A DNA stretch of 64,000 bases from Mytilus californianus (taxonomy: Eukaryota), in contig NW_026262701.1 in NCBI RefSeq assembly GCF_021869535.1, positions 22,010,001-22,074,000 on the forward strand. The letters run 5' to 3'. The notes under the pieces were generated by a model. That model was not told the DNA's origin. It saw nothing but the letters and a program-made list of their open reading frames with translations, and did not search any database. The position numbers and the translations under genes were made by a program. Positions 12,401-25,309 of this stretch are shown piece after piece (the stretch's first letter is position 1; each line of letters opens with the position of its first letter).

Positions 12401-15400
12401 CATGATTGAACAAGCTATTGCCCAATAATGATAACTATCTGGTAAAAAACAGGAATGGATGTAAAAACTCATTACACAGTGGAGTATGTTCACATGAAGC
12501 TTGATTACACATTTTTGATTTGTAGTTCCTAAGAAAAATGTGATAAAAACTGTATTACTTCCCCTTAACTTGACTTCATTAAACTATTTATGAATTACTA
12601 ATACCTACCTAATAATGTATAGACTTCTCTTGTCTGTGGTGATGTGTTGGTGAAAGCTCTTGTTATAAATTTGGTACTCAAATGCTGAAATCAAAACAAT
12701 ATATAAGTAACTAACATATTACCAGTAGTTTTACATTGTAGAATTCACTTCTTATCTGTTAAAATATACAATATTCTTTTTTTTTAACCTATGCTGTACT
12801 ATTCAAAAATGAATATGTTTTTAGTAGCAAAATTTCTAATTTCTTCATTTTTTACAGAGAAATCAAGTTTATCCATTGTCTTCATTTTAACAATTTTAAA
12901 AACATCTAAAGCCTAATGTTTTCTAGTGTATTATCTAAATTCCTGAGACAGCAATTTCATGTTGAAATGAACTGCAAACTTAAAAAATAAGACATAAATG
13001 CATAAGCATCATGTATGTCTTTACTGTAAAGAGTAAATAACTCAAATACTCCCAAAAAGTTGTAATTTTTTAAGTTAATATATTTCAGGTAAAGAGATTT
13101 GCAAAATTAATTAAAGGATCTCTTGATCCTTTTTCTTTTTGATTAAAGTGTAAAATATTGTTGTATTTCAGTATAATGCTCATACCATTATTTGTACATT
13201 GGATTCATCCAGAGCGTCTATGAGATGACGTTTCATTGTTGGCCAATGATCACTACTGATAAAGTCTGCTGGTAAGTTCTGATTAAGAGTCTGCAATGCT
13301 TCTACTCGTACCTACAATAAAAGTTTAAGTCAGTTAACATTTACACATCATGCAATCACATATTATGTTTTTTTATACAGAAATCATATGCCAATGATAG
13401 ATTGGAAATCAAAAATCTCAAGACATTATAAGGAAAGGTATTTTCCACAGAATGTAAATACATTGTTTTGTGTGTTGTATTACTACTTACAAAATGTCCT
13501 ACCAAATTTAATTTCCTTTTTTCTTATTCTGCTTTTTCAGCAAATGATAGATAAGGATTTTGATGCTTATCATTTCCTTCATGTATTTGTCAATATTTCA
13601 AAAGTTAATGTCAAAATGGCAACATTATAAATAAAAAATTGGAAACTTATGCATTTTTAGAAATAAGCAAAGCTGCATATTCGTCAATTATATTACACAA
13701 AATCATAAGTGATGTTTTACATAGTATTATTTTCATAAAGAGTCCTAGAATCTTACCACATTATCTCTGTGTCGACTCATCTTCTCTGCAACTTGCTGCA
13801 TTATTTCATGGTTGTTGAAAAACATACCCTAGAAAATATTATAATGTTAATTTATATTATACAAATAAGGTTATTGACACTAAAAGTCAACCATTTAATA
13901 AGGTGATGAGTTTATTCTTAATTATTCTATTGCATCTCCCCCCTTTGCCTTCAATTTAAAATGTTCTGATACATTGTCAAAATTTCAAGTTAGGTAACTT
14001 CCATCTGAGGAGTATTTTAAGATAAGTGTTGTTCTTTACATTGCAATTAATTATCACCTTATATCTGATGTCTTTTTATTTTAAGAAAATGAAAGTAATT
14101 CAGAAAAAAAACATATGTTACCTGACCAAAAGAACTCCCACAAGATTCATCATCTTCATCACTCATGTAAGACCTCCGTATCTGATGATCTGAGGTCTCA
14201 TGATGACTATTACCACCGAACTCAGCATCAAAGTTTCGTATCAATTCATCAACAGCACCTTGAACATTAACTCGTAACTTCTTTGACAAGTCATTATAAC
14301 TGGAAAACAGTTTTATCAGGAGGTTTTATTCAATAGTTATAACATGTTTTTTGTTCAAAATAAATGTTGTTAAATAGATTAGACACAAGCTTTTCCACAT
14401 AAATGTTATAAAATTTAATGATTAAATAAAAAAATTATTCCAACTAAGTCATTTTCAGACAGCTTAATGCAATACCTTTTAATGTTATACCCAGACCCCT
14501 TTTTCCATCTGATCTTGTCACTCTCTCATATGTTATGCCCTTTTTACGGCAAAAAAAATTCAGGCTATTGACTATTGTTTTATTTTTGGTTTTGGCAGTC
14601 AAAATAAAAGGACAACTTTAACTATTTGTATAACTGAATCACTTCACATGACAGCTTTGGTATCAACATATCGTAAATAAACTTCTCATATACTTTAAAA
14701 GAGAGGCAAAAGATGCCAAAGGGACATTCAAACTCATAAGTTGAAAACAAACCGACAATACTGTGGCAAAAAAACAAAAGACAAACAGTACACAAAAACA
14801 ACATAGGTCTAAAGACAGAGCAACATAAACCCCACCAAAAACCAGGGGTTATTTCAGGTGCTCCTTAATTCAGTCAATCACAATCAAGAAGAGAAAGGGA
14901 TTGTGGTTAAGACAATTGGAACTATCTGTCGCCATCAGTGAAACAGATATTCCAAAACGATTAACCAATTCGTGATTTAAGTTATATATACATCTAACAC
15001 AGCTAGAAATATGATATATATCTAATCATAAGAATTGTTCATTTGACAAAACCTTGTCCTTTAATAGATTAGTACCCTTGCCCTTTCCAAATCCCAGCTG
15101 GAACATTATAAAAAAAAATCTGAATTAGAAATAACATCCGCATCATTCAGAATAAATTCTTTTTTAAGGCAATTGTACCCTATGTAATGAGCAGTATTTT
15201 TCATTTTACATGAAAATTTCTATAAGAACTCTTGAACTGAATTTGAAAAAATGATATACCAGGTATGTAGCATTTATCCTTTCAGATATTCAGTTAAAAA
15301 AAAAGTCATTAATCATAAAAATATTGCATATACATAAATATGTATGTAACCAAATATTTTAAATTTCTTTTTTCTTGTCTGCCTATTGAGTTTACTACAT

Positions 15401-18400
15401 GTACATACTGTCTTGAGTGAAGTATCTTATCTGTAATTTTGTTGATGAGTGTCTCTTGTCCATTGGAATCATGTATACTAGATTCAAATCTTTCTATTTC
15501 TTCTTCTGCTAGTGGACCAATAATATCTTCTAGTTTTCTTCTTAACACCTTAACAAATTCATGTCTGTAAAATAAATTTCTTAATTAAAAGCCTATTTTG
15601 AAAATTAGTTTCTTGTCAAAACAAAATAATTGAAATAAAAGTAAGCATTGTAAGTGAAATGTATCAAACGTTAAATATGAACAATAAATTATAAACCAAA
15701 TGTATATGTATATGTATATTCATAATCATTTCACTGTTTCACATATTATAAATATAACTGTTAACACAGAGATATGTCTCACCTTTCTGAATTTTGATAA
15801 TTCAAATGTTGAAATTAAAATAGCAATACTTTAACATGTAAGTTATGCAAATATTCAAAGTCAATGAACCATGACTGAAGGTACATGGCTAAACAATCTC
15901 CATGGAAATGAGATGTGCCAATGCTAATACAACTGCATACCAAATACCATTGACTTATCATAAGTCTTTCCCTTTAAACAGACCTAAACACAAACATTAA
16001 CTTGTAAACTATGTAAAAGTTTCAAAGTCAATGAACCATGATGAGGGGGTGGGGTTATATAATCTCCATGGAAACGAGACTTGCAAATGCCAATAAATTT
16101 GCATACCAAATATCATTGACTTAACATTAGCGGTTCATCTTAAACTGATCTAATCACAGACTAATACATGTAAACTAAGCAAAAGTTTCAAAGTCAATAG
16201 ACCATGACTGAGGGGGCAGGGCCAAATATTCTCCATGGAAATGAGATGTCCTAATGCTTATACAACTGCATACCAATTAACATTGGCCTACCACTAATGG
16301 TTCCCCTTGAACTGAACTAATCACAAACTAATACATTAAAACTAAGCAAAAGTTTCAAAGTCAATAGACCATGACTGAGGGGGCGGAGCCAAATAATCTC
16401 CATCGAAATGAGATATGCCAATGCTTATACAACTGCATACCAAATATTATTGACCTACCACTAGTGGTTCCCCATAAATTGACCTAATCACAAACTAATA
16501 CATGTAAACTAAGCACAAGTTTTAAAGTCAATAGACCATGACTGACGTGGCAGGGCCAAATAATCTCCATGGAAATGAGATGTGCCAATGCTTATACAAC
16601 TGCATACCAAATATCATTGACCTACCACTAGTGGTTCACCATAAACTAGACCTAATCACAAACTAATACATTGTTGACACAGCCACTGACGCAGGAAACA
16701 GCATACATGTACCTATGTCTCGCTATTTGACTCCGTCAACGCAGACAATAAACTGTAATGTTTCTTCAGGAATAATTTAATAACTTAATATAATACACAT
16801 TCATTCACAATGTACAGGTATTTATATGTGTGCCTTTTATGTTAATTTAATTATTCTATAGAAATCACAATGCAAACCTTCTGTATATATTTCATGGTTT
16901 CATTAAAATCAATTGGAAACTCATTTCATTGAGAGCATTAAAAATACAGTTTTTTTTTGAGCTGATAGTACAAAATGATATTACAAAGAAATTATGTGTC
17001 CATATCTTACATAGAATGGCGAACGTAGATACAAGTATCTTGTCTTGGGGAGGGATAAATCCTACTTTGTAAAGAATCACTCTGATTCAAACAAAAAATT
17101 CTCTGAAACTGACATTATCAAGATGCTTGATTTCTTGATTGACAACATATTTGTTATGTTTGGAGGACGTGTTTTTCAACAGACTGTCAGAATTCCAATG
17201 GGAACCAATTGTGCCCCTCTTCTTGCCGACTTGTTTCTTTATTATTTTGAGGTTGACTTCATACAGGAACTTCTTAGGAAGAAAAATAAGAAGTTAGCAA
17301 TATCCTTTAACACTACGTTCCGCTATATAGATGATGTTCTCTCACTAAATACATGTAATACAAAATTTGGTGACTATGTTGAACGAATCTATACCATCAA
17401 ACTAGAGATAAAGGATACTACAGATACAGTTAAGTCTGCCTCATATCTTGACTTACATCTAGAAATTGACAATGAGGGTCGGTTCAAAACAAAACTTTAC
17501 GACAAAAGAGATGATTTCAGCTTCCCAATTGTGAACTTTCCATTTCTATGTAGCAACATTCCAGCATCACCTGCATACGGAGTATATATCTCCCAATTGA
17601 TACGATATTCCTGGGCTTGTGTTTCCTATCATGATTTCCTTGATAGAGGATTGCTGCTCACAAGAAAGCTATTAAACCAAGAGTTCCAAATGGTGAAGTT
17701 GAAATCATCCCTTCGTAAATTTTACGGACGCCATCACAAGTTGGTTGACCGTTATGGAATAACCGTTTCACAGATGATATCAGATATGTTCCTTATGTCG
17801 TAACTACAATACCCTTCCCTTTTCACGAATGTGACTTACCGAATTAGACTATTTACCGGATTTATAATAACATAAGTAACACGACTGGTGCCACATATGG
17901 AGCAGGATTTGCTTACCCTTCCAGAGCACCTGGGATCACCCCAGTTTTTGGTGGGGTTCGTGTTGCTAAGTCTTTAGTTTCTATGTTGTGTCATCTGTAC
18001 TATTATTTGTCTGTTTGTCTTTTTATTTTTGGCGATGGCGTTGTCAGTTTGTTTTCGATCTATGAGTTTGACTGTCCCTCTGGTATCTTTCGTCCCTCTT
18101 TTACATAAATTAGCTGTGTATAAGATAGATAACCAAAGTAAGAAAACTGGGGAAACAGTCAGACTAATCCACCTAACTTTATAAACTTATTTTAGTTAGC
18201 AGATATAAGGATCAGGTACCACAACCCATTTTCTGCATCCATTACTATTTAGACTAAGCTAATGTCAAGAAAATAAGTAACCTTATGATGTCTGACTAGT
18301 TATAGATTCATCAATTTTCTGTTGTGTAACACACTATTCTATTTTTTATTGTTGCAACCTTCTTTTCTTTATGGTCCAAACCCATATAGAGCTACACTAA

Positions 18401-18697
18401 ACTAACGTTATCCTTACCCTAACACTAGCCTAACCCTTGCCATAAACTAATCCGTAACCCTAAAATATATGGACCCTTTATGTAAAAGAGGGTCTAAAAA
18501 TCAATGTTTTAGACGTTATCAAAATTCCCAATAAGTATATCTGACCTATGGAAATGTTCATCATTTTCCTCAAGATGATACAAAGCTTCTTCTGATTGGT
18601 CAACAGTTCCAGCTTCCCTTATCTGAGGTTCAAAACTAATGACCAATTGTCTCAGATTCTGTACCAAATCTTCACCTTCCAAACCTTTCCAAGACAT
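394..18697 (-). CDS. TBC1D32: Broad-minded / TBC1 domain family member 32 (ciliary), 5' part. 17 coding exons, 2000 nt (about 666 aa). The gene continues past the window start.
   Basis: Minus-strand exons with GT-AG and consistent phases: 18697-18546, 15564-15409, 14299-14122, 13828-13757, 13311-13186, 12684-12609, 11789-11683, 10739-10678, 10110-9966, 9317-9261, 8268-8178, 7820-7686, 6885-6808, 6056-5917, 4012-3879, 2399-2198, 482-394. Peptides are colinear with vertebrate TBC1D32 as recalled: [107 protein letters not shown]. Confidence 0.93.
903..1963. mobile_element. Non-autonomous hAT-type DNA transposon in a TBC1D32 intron
   Basis: Imperfect TIRs cagggctccaaaa / ttttggaagccctg; exact 8-bp TSD GTCAAAAG at 895-902 and 1964-1971. 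Confidence 0.85.
2472..3295 (+). mobile_element. HINE/Helentron-associated (pearl/DINE-like) non-autonomous element with about 160-bp internal tandem units
   Basis: 5' ...gcccgtc subterminal motif; internal repeats (gagatacggcgcgacatg near 2550, 2710, 2870, 3030); GACA/GACG microsatellite; 3' hairpin cccgtc-aaaaatt-gacggg followed by cgtataaaaa. Confidence 0.8.
3437..3647. mobile_element. MITE of about 210 bp with TIR tactgtggattcatt / aatgaatccacagta
   Basis: 15-bp TIRs; further copies at 7141-7347 and 11202-11429. Confidence 0.85.
4947..5948 (-). repeat. 65-bp minisatellite, 16 copies (three with 11-12 bp deletions), spanning the 3' end and donor of TBC1D32 exon 6056-5917
   Basis: Period 65 (ctttggttct at 5041 and 5106; attagaagta at 5341 and 5406). 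The unit encodes APVSHYLEPK then gttggt. Confidence 0.95.
7141..7347. mobile_element. MITE, same family as 3437-3647
   Basis: Same TIRs and internal sequence. Confidence 0.85.
7950..8225 (-). repeat. About 93-bp tandem repeat, 3 copies, spanning the donor of TBC1D32 exon 8268-8178
   Basis: ggcttcag at 8001, 8094, 8188. Confidence 0.85.
8584..8750. repeat. Intronic tandem repeat of about 38 bp, about 4 copies
   Basis: ttttctgttttat(a/g)caagataaaata recurs. Confidence 0.75.
8979..9105. mobile_element. 127-bp palindromic fold-back MITE
   Basis: Perfect 38-bp arms (8979-9016 / 9068-9105) plus inner 10-bp arms cattgtcaac / gttgacaatg. Confidence 0.85.
10621..10697 (-). repeat. 25-bp tandem repeat, 3 copies, spanning the donor of TBC1D32 exon 10739-10678
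   Basis: ggatat at 10634, 10659, 10684. Confidence 0.75.
11202..11429. mobile_element. Degenerate MITE, same family as 3437-3647
   Basis: Left TIR tactgtggattcatt; decayed right TIR; shared internal sequence. Confidence 0.75.
14697..14975 (-). mobile_element. 3' end fragment of the Penelope-like element family
   Basis: Reverse complement resembles 17750-18100 (ttttggtggggttc, ccctctggtatcttt). Confidence 0.65.
15762..16752 (+). mobile_element. HINE-like element with about 5 tandem units of about 170 bp
   Basis: caaagtcaat(ga/ag)accatga recurs; tgtctc subterminal motifs at both ends; A-rich end. Confidence 0.7.
17015..18102 (+). mobile_element. 5'-truncated Penelope-like retroelement: RT C-terminal half plus 3' UTR, antisense in TBC1D32 intron 1
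   Basis: Stop-free frame 17015-17803 with IPMGTNCAPLLADLFLY, FRYIDD, SASYLDL, KLYDKRDDF, AYGVYISQLIRY. Confidence 0.88.
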
Positions 18698-19163
18698 AAT
18701 CTAAATAGTGTGTCTACTCTGCAAAAACAAATATATATTTATTGAAATAAAAGTTTCAAATTCATGATGTATAGAGATATTCAAGAATGACTTAAAACTA
18801 TTGTTTTCCATGGTAAAGTTTGTAATATAATAAAGCTAATTTCAAGGATAAGCTTTTCAGTACTACACGGTTTATTTATACCTTGTCTGGATGTGTCCTG
18901 CATTGCCATGATAATTTGATGCTCAAAGAGCCTGTTATTTTCTCTTAATTTCAGATTCAAATTATTTTTCTAATATCCAAATTTACACAAAAACTTCCTT
19001 AATGTACAAAGTGCCCATTGTCTAGTTTAAAATGTATCAACTCCCCCCTCCCTTTTGCCTTTAAAAAAATATCAATTAAGTGTAGTTTTTGGTCTTAAGG
19101 TAGTTAATATAAGAGGTAAAAGGACAGAAAGTCACAAAGTTGGTAGGAGAAAAGTCATAGGAT

Positions 19164-19262
19164 AAAAAGTCACAAATTAGATTTGATAGAACAAAAAGTC
19201 ACAAATTAGATTTGATAGAACAAAAAGTCACAAATTAGATTTGATAGAACAAAAAGTCACAA
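19164..19262. repeat. 29-bp tandem repeat, about 3.4 copies
   Basis: aaaaagtcacaaattagatttgatagaac at 19164, 19193, 19222, partial at 19251. Confidence 0.9.
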
Positions 19263-20202
19263 TTAATAAATTACCAATACCGGTAGTTTGAATGTTTAAT
19301 GAATAATTGGAGAAATAATTATATTTTATAAAATAAATTTAATTTAAGTTAAGGAAATTGCTCATTTGCATTTTCAAATTATCATATGCCTTATCAAATA
19401 TCAATACATAAAATTTATATTTTTGGAATCATGAAGCAAGTCAGTTAAAAAGTTAAAACATTCATTTTCTGAGGAATCAATAAAAAAAAAAACGTTAATC
19501 AGGTATCCAGAAATTTGCCAAACTTTAATTTATCGTCTTTTAACAATTGCAAATCTGTTCACAATCTAAAATAAGTATTGTATCCCAAATGGGTTTATAA
19601 TATATTATATCCCATTTATATGAATTGTCCCCTCTTGATATCGACATGTTTAATAACTAAACATCTTCTCTGAATGTGGTTACAATTTTTTAATATATAT
19701 GTTAGTTACTTTTACTAATTACGGTTTTATGTAATTGTGTGCTAAATATACACAGTGCATTGCTAGATGTTCCCTTAATGTGATGCTCTGGAGTGTGAAA
19801 TAGTGAGCACTATTTTGCTGAGTTGAAAGTTTATTAAACGTTTTTGGCATCAAAACCTTCTGATCCATGATTTGACAATAACATTACATTTTATCGTCAA
19901 TGCAGGTATTTATCTTTAATCACACTAATGGCAAAAACAGAAGCCAAACCAAGCACTTTATATCCTATCACCTGTTGACTGTTCAATAAAACTATAATCA
20001 CTTGTTATTTAGCTTAAGGGACACAATCGTGAGCGTTTGTAGACAAATGTAGTAAAAACGACTTCTGACAATTTTCATTCTTTTAATGTTTGATACACAG
20101 GATTTTTATTTCTTCACAGGAGAGCGGAAGGAGACACTTGAAAACTGGACAGACAGAAGTTTCACATGTATGTTTATTTTACTCAAAACAACATATGATA
20201 GA

Positions 20203-21428
20203 CAGTGTTCCAGCTAGGATTTCAAAAGGGCAGGGTGCCAATCCTGAAAAAGGGCATTTAACGCGTGATATGATAATATGAAAGGGCATGTTTTAATAAA
20301 GATTATAATCAAACATTGTTTGTTCATTGAATCACTGGTTATAAATATACAAGAACAACATCATTAGCCCAGAGAAAAACTATCTTTCTACTTTTTAGGC
20401 TGAAAACTTATCAAGCAGCTTGTGACACAAGTTTTAAATCATTGCTTGGCACAGTTAAGCTTTATATGCAGTATTTTTTGAAAAATGTCCTGCTTCATTC
20501 TGTTTCTATGGTCTGACACACTTTACAAGTTTCACCTGTCTATCTTTTCTGTGCTTAATGGCAATACAGCACAAAACAGCTGTAAATGCACAATGTTAGG
20601 ATATAGTGAACAGTGAAAATTTGGATTGAAAATAAAAAATACAGAAAAAGATGACCAAGGCACCCTACCAACCCTGCTACTAAGACCCTCTTTAACTTTT
20701 CCCATAACTCAAAACACCTAAACATATATAAATTCTAAAGCCAGAAGTATGAAGACATATCTTATAATATCTTAGTAGGTTACTCAATGCTAGGAAAAAA
20801 TAAGATTGAGTTATCTTTCTTTATTTGGGTGTGCTCCTTCTTTGGAGGATAATAAACAGTACGTAGAAGATGTAAATACGATCAACAATATGGCGGCCGA
20901 TTTTGTTATTTTCGTATAAAAAATGAAGGCAGTCAATGAAAAATATGTATTAATTTGCTATTTATTTCACGGAAAACAATAAGAGCAATGTTTTTAAAGA
21001 GTTGATTATAGTTTTCGACTTTCTGTCAATTACGTTTTCTCCATGAAACTACGGTAAACATTGCTAATTGTGCCCAAGTTGTATGAACATTTCTTCAAGT
21101 TCAAAGACAAATGCCGACTGACCGATTCTATTTGAATGAATTAATGTTGATGATCATTAAATGACCCATCCGATAAACGGATTACCTATAACAACAGATT
21201 ATGACACCTGTTGTAACTGTTGATTAGCTTGGGGTCGTAAACAAAGTCATATACTTGTCGCCAGGTAAATTTTTGTAATTGGCTGATCATATCAATACGA
21301 ACAAAATAATATACCAATCGATCTTCAAAAAAGGCAGGGCGCCCTGCAAACTGTAAAAAGGGCACAGGGCGGCACTCAGGGAAAGGGCGGGCGGACCACC
21401 CTGTGAAAACGACCTAGCTGGAACACTG
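20203..21428. mobile_element. Non-autonomous TIR transposon with a 5-bp TSD (hAT5-like), upstream of the TBC1D32 start codon
   Basis: Perfect 16-bp TIR cagtgttccagctagg / cctagctggaacactg; direct repeat ATAGA at 20198-20202 and 21429-21433; subterminal AAAGGGC motifs. Confidence 0.82.
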
Positions 21429-21877
21429 ATAGACTTGAGTAATTTCAATATTCTTTGCTTATTATGTTTGTTTTGGTAAGATATTTTCCAGGCATTTTAA
21501 AAGATATAATTTGTAGACCAAGCGGATAAGGCTTAATAATAATATATCTATAGTGACACTTAATGTGTGTGTGGTCCCGGTTTCGTGAGAGTGAGTGCAA
21601 AGTGGTGGTTCTCCGTAACACACACGGTGGTTCATAACCTGTATATGACACAGCTATTAATAGAGTCATAAAATCAGTCCTGTGGCTGTGCATAACTGCA
21701 TAACACAGCACTGTAGTAAATAAGAGTCATAACCATTTAAACCAGTACATAACACAGCTAGTAATAAAGTAATGTCAAGTTAATCCATCCTTAAAAAATT
21801 ATAATTAGATATATCAAAAAAAATCTGATAAGTGTGAAATTAGCAATTTTAAATTGGAAATAAATATTGTTTACTAT

Positions 21878-21890
21878 TTCCGCCATATTG
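21878..21890 (-). promoter_or_regulatory. YY1-like motif (caATATGGCGGaa), candidate TSS-proximal element for TBC1D32
   Basis: Motif match only, in the gene's orientation about 3.2 kb upstream of the ATG; an acceptor at 18719 implies an upstream non-coding exon. Confidence 0.25.
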
Positions 21891-22617
21891 AAATTGTTCC
21901 CAAACTTGTTTTCGAAGGACAATGCTGATTGGTTTATAGCAAACTTTTGACCAATGAAAATACATTTTATAGAAATTCGGTTGTCAATCAGCATCTGGGG
22001 ATCAAATAGGGGAAATTAGAACGTTATCGTATGATTTCCCCTTTCATACCAAAGTTTTTAAATATAAAGAATAGTTTAATAATATAATATATTACTATGT
22101 AACTTTTTAGTCTGTTATTGTTATTATATATACAATAATTCTTAGCAATTTATTGTTAATGGGTTTGTGCCAGTAAAATATTTGTATTTGTATGATCTTG
22201 TATAATGTATGAATTAAATAAATTTATGTGCGGTATGCGTATGAATTTTCTGATCTATTTTAGTTTCTTGTTTAACAAGAGAATAAACGAGTTATACGAG
22301 GGTATTTAATAGATTGAAAACGGGTTTCAAGTTTATCGAAGGCTGGGCGGTGACCACTCGACTTACAGACAATTTATTAATTTTTTTATATTGTTAAATG
22401 TGTATAAGACATGTGCAGTGAATATGTATTTCTAGTATACTGATTTGTAATGTTTATTTTATAGATTTGATATGATGAAGTGTTTATGCAGAGGCGTTTA
22501 GGACATTATTGTTTTATGAAATGAAAAAAACATTTTTGAAAATTGATTAGATTGTGAATTATGATGCTTAAATAGAAATGGTCACCGTGCCTGTTAGTAT
22601 CAGAAATAGTCTTGTCT

Positions 22618-22619
<2 letters not shown>

Positions 22620-22649
<30 letters not shown>
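22620..22649. repeat. (TA)n microsatellite
   Basis: Direct reading. Confidence 0.95.
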
Positions 22650-22653
<4 letters not shown>

Positions 22654-22938
22654 ATGAGTCAGTTTAGAACAGAAATTAGGGGTAGATTCGTACATGAAAT
22701 TTAGAGCAAGTTAGCACATAAATATGTTATGTTCGTTTGAACATTGTGAACTAAGAACATAACATATATAAATTACAAATAATGAATTGAACATGTTGAA
22801 TGAAAACACGATAGTTAAAAACAATCAAATAGCTGAAAAAAGTATTCGTCATCGTCCAAGATTATGTATAGTATTTTGGTACGATATATAAATAATTTTA
22901 TAATTATATATGTCTCTAGTTTGTTTTTCAGGCCGCGT

Positions 22939-23030
22939 GACCGCTTGTCTCTGAAAAAAAAACCTATATACTTTGATATAACATAATATTAAAGTATGTA
23001 GGTAGTTTCTTTCTTAGACAAGTGCTTGTG
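22939..23030. mobile_element. Small palindromic MITE; related copy at 60051-60150
   Basis: cttgtct...agacaag arms and inner cctatatacttt / aaagtatgtagg. Confidence 0.55.
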
Positions 23031-23840
23031 TAACAGTACCAATATACTATTAAAACCACCAGGAACCGTACATGTACATCAGGTACGTAATTATGTTGCA
23101 GTCCAGATAATCACCGGCAAAGGTTTGCTGAGGATCATCATTTTTTTTTATTTAGATTTTTATAGCGCCATGTTGAGACTGCTATAACACTGCATTATTG
23201 TAGTTGCAGAATCATCATCGCAGTTAGGCACCAAAGCAAAAAAATAAAATAGCCATGATCCAAAACGTTAGTGTAAGTTGGACGATCTAGTACATTTGTC
23301 AATAGTTTTACATCACACAGAACATTTAGAAATTACTCTGTTCAACATTGTTGATTTCAAGTGTCATAGGCTTTATTCAGATTTGCTGGAGGAGGAAGAA
23401 GATATGCCGTATCCAGGGAACGATCATTTTCATCTTGTTTAGGACAAGGTTGTGTTTTTCAGGTCTTACCAAGCCTTTACAATTTTGTGCTAAGATAAAA
23501 CCGCCGTGAATTTCTCGCATTCAAACTTTTTAAAGTAAAAAAATACAACTGATTTTTGGGGTTTTAAAAAAAAATCTATTCTGCTGCTGACACGGAACAT
23601 ATGTTTTTGGCTTCTGACTTCGAATTGCTACGGATATTTGTATGCTTCGGCTTTGATTTAGTAATCCGAGCGAACATTACGAGGTAATTATAAATAGTCT
23701 TCGATTCATTAAACATTCCATTTGTAATAGTCATTGACCATTCGTTGTTTGTGGGCAAGACGAAGTAACATAGTATTTTTCTCCGGACAATAACTATTTG
23801 CAACTTAAATAAAAATAAAATGATTCAATAGCATACATGA

Positions 23841-24125
23841 ACTTATTTGAATAGTGACTCTCAATCTTATTGGAATATTGGCTGTCAAACTTATTTGAGT
23901 ATTGGCTCTAAAACTTATAAGAGTATTGGCTCTCAAACATATTGAAATTGTGGCTCTCAAACTTATTGGAATAGTGGCTCTCAAACTTATTGGAGTATTG
24001 GCTCTAATAAAAATATTGGAATAGTGGCTCTCAAACTTATTGGAGTATTGGCTCTAAAAAATTATTGGAATAGTGGCTCTCAAACTTATTGGAATATTGG
24101 CACTTAAACTTAATGGAATATTGGT
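23841..24125. repeat. 24-bp minisatellite, about 11-12 copies
   Basis: attggaatagtggctctcaaactt unit; tggctctc at 23951 and 23975. Confidence 0.9.
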
Positions 24126-24879
24126 TCGATTTGGTCATATCTAATGAAACAAGAAATCGTATTACCTTTGTTTGAACTGTTCTATCATTTCCATCTTTTT
24201 TTTATTTATTTCACAGGATTACCAGTACTAGATATAGAATATTGAAATGCCTTTTTCATAAAATTTGTTCTTGTGCGTTGTATGAAAAGACTTTTATTGT
24301 CTGATGAACGCAAATACGATCTTGCTGTTTGACATCTACGTTGTTCTTGGATATACCGTACAGATGATCAGGTGTAATACTATTTACATACTTATACATT
24401 AATACTCCTTTATGATATAATATTCTTTTATTCTTTTTTGAAACGTTAACCATCCTAATTGCTGGAATAAAGTTTTTAACGAATTATCATATGCTTTGTT
24501 CAGAATGATCCTGGCTACCCTTTTTGTGTTTTGTGTAAAGAAATTCTGTATTTGAATCTCTTGTTTCTGTCCAAATTGTATAGCAATAGTCAAAGAGAGG
24601 AAATACATATCAATTATGAAATACACATAAACCGTTCTGTTGAATGCTTCATTCGAGTGGGTGAACATATTCTAGTTGGAATTACAATACACATTTTGTT
24701 TGTCTGTTGATTCCAGACAATCGTCTATTACAATGCCAAGTTATTTTTTTTAAATTTTCCAAAATAAATCCACTAACCTTTGAAGTTTCCTATTTGATCC
24801 AACTGAAATAGGTTTGGATTAAAGTAAGAAGTAATGAGGTGTTGTGGCACCCACATACAAAACAGGCTTTTTTATTAGT

Positions 24880-25090
24880 TGTTATTGACTTTGGACTAGC
24901 TTTCAGTAACTCTCATATCTGTACTTTGTGTCTTAAGTGTTTTGTTATTTGATTTTACTTTGTATAGATCTGATGAGTTGAGCCCTTTTCAACTGATCTT
25001 TATAGTTTGTTATTTTGTTGTGCTGTTACACCATTTCCGCGCCTTTTATAGCTTGCTATATGGTATTGGTTTTGCTCATTGTTGAAGGTA
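24880..25090 (-). mobile_element. Fragments of the interspersed repeat family also seen at 52520-53050
   Basis: Reverse-complement similarity (gttacacca, aactgat, tatagc...ggtat...ttttgctcattgttga). Confidence 0.55.
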
Positions 25091-25309
25091 TCATGAACAG
25101 AAGAACAGTAGCGACAGTGTGTAAATAACCGCAATCCCATACTGGAACGTCAATGACGTTCTTTATTGCGCCTTCTTATCTCGTCTAAGATACGTTGGAG
25201 ACATTGCAACAGACTGTCAGATAGACGATGAAAAAACGCTTATCATCACGAAAATTCTCCTCTTTTACCAACCTCTACAAAATCTAATCATGATCATTAT
25301 GAAACTATT

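Noticed and set aside
17804-17960. Possible SECIS after the Penelope-like RT
   Set aside because: No UGAN...NGAN kink-turn with a complementary stem could be built by eye, and there is no in-frame UGA in the visible ORF.
18408-18462. CCCTAA-like interstitial telomeric sequence
   Set aside because: Only a few degenerate hexamers; not a real array.
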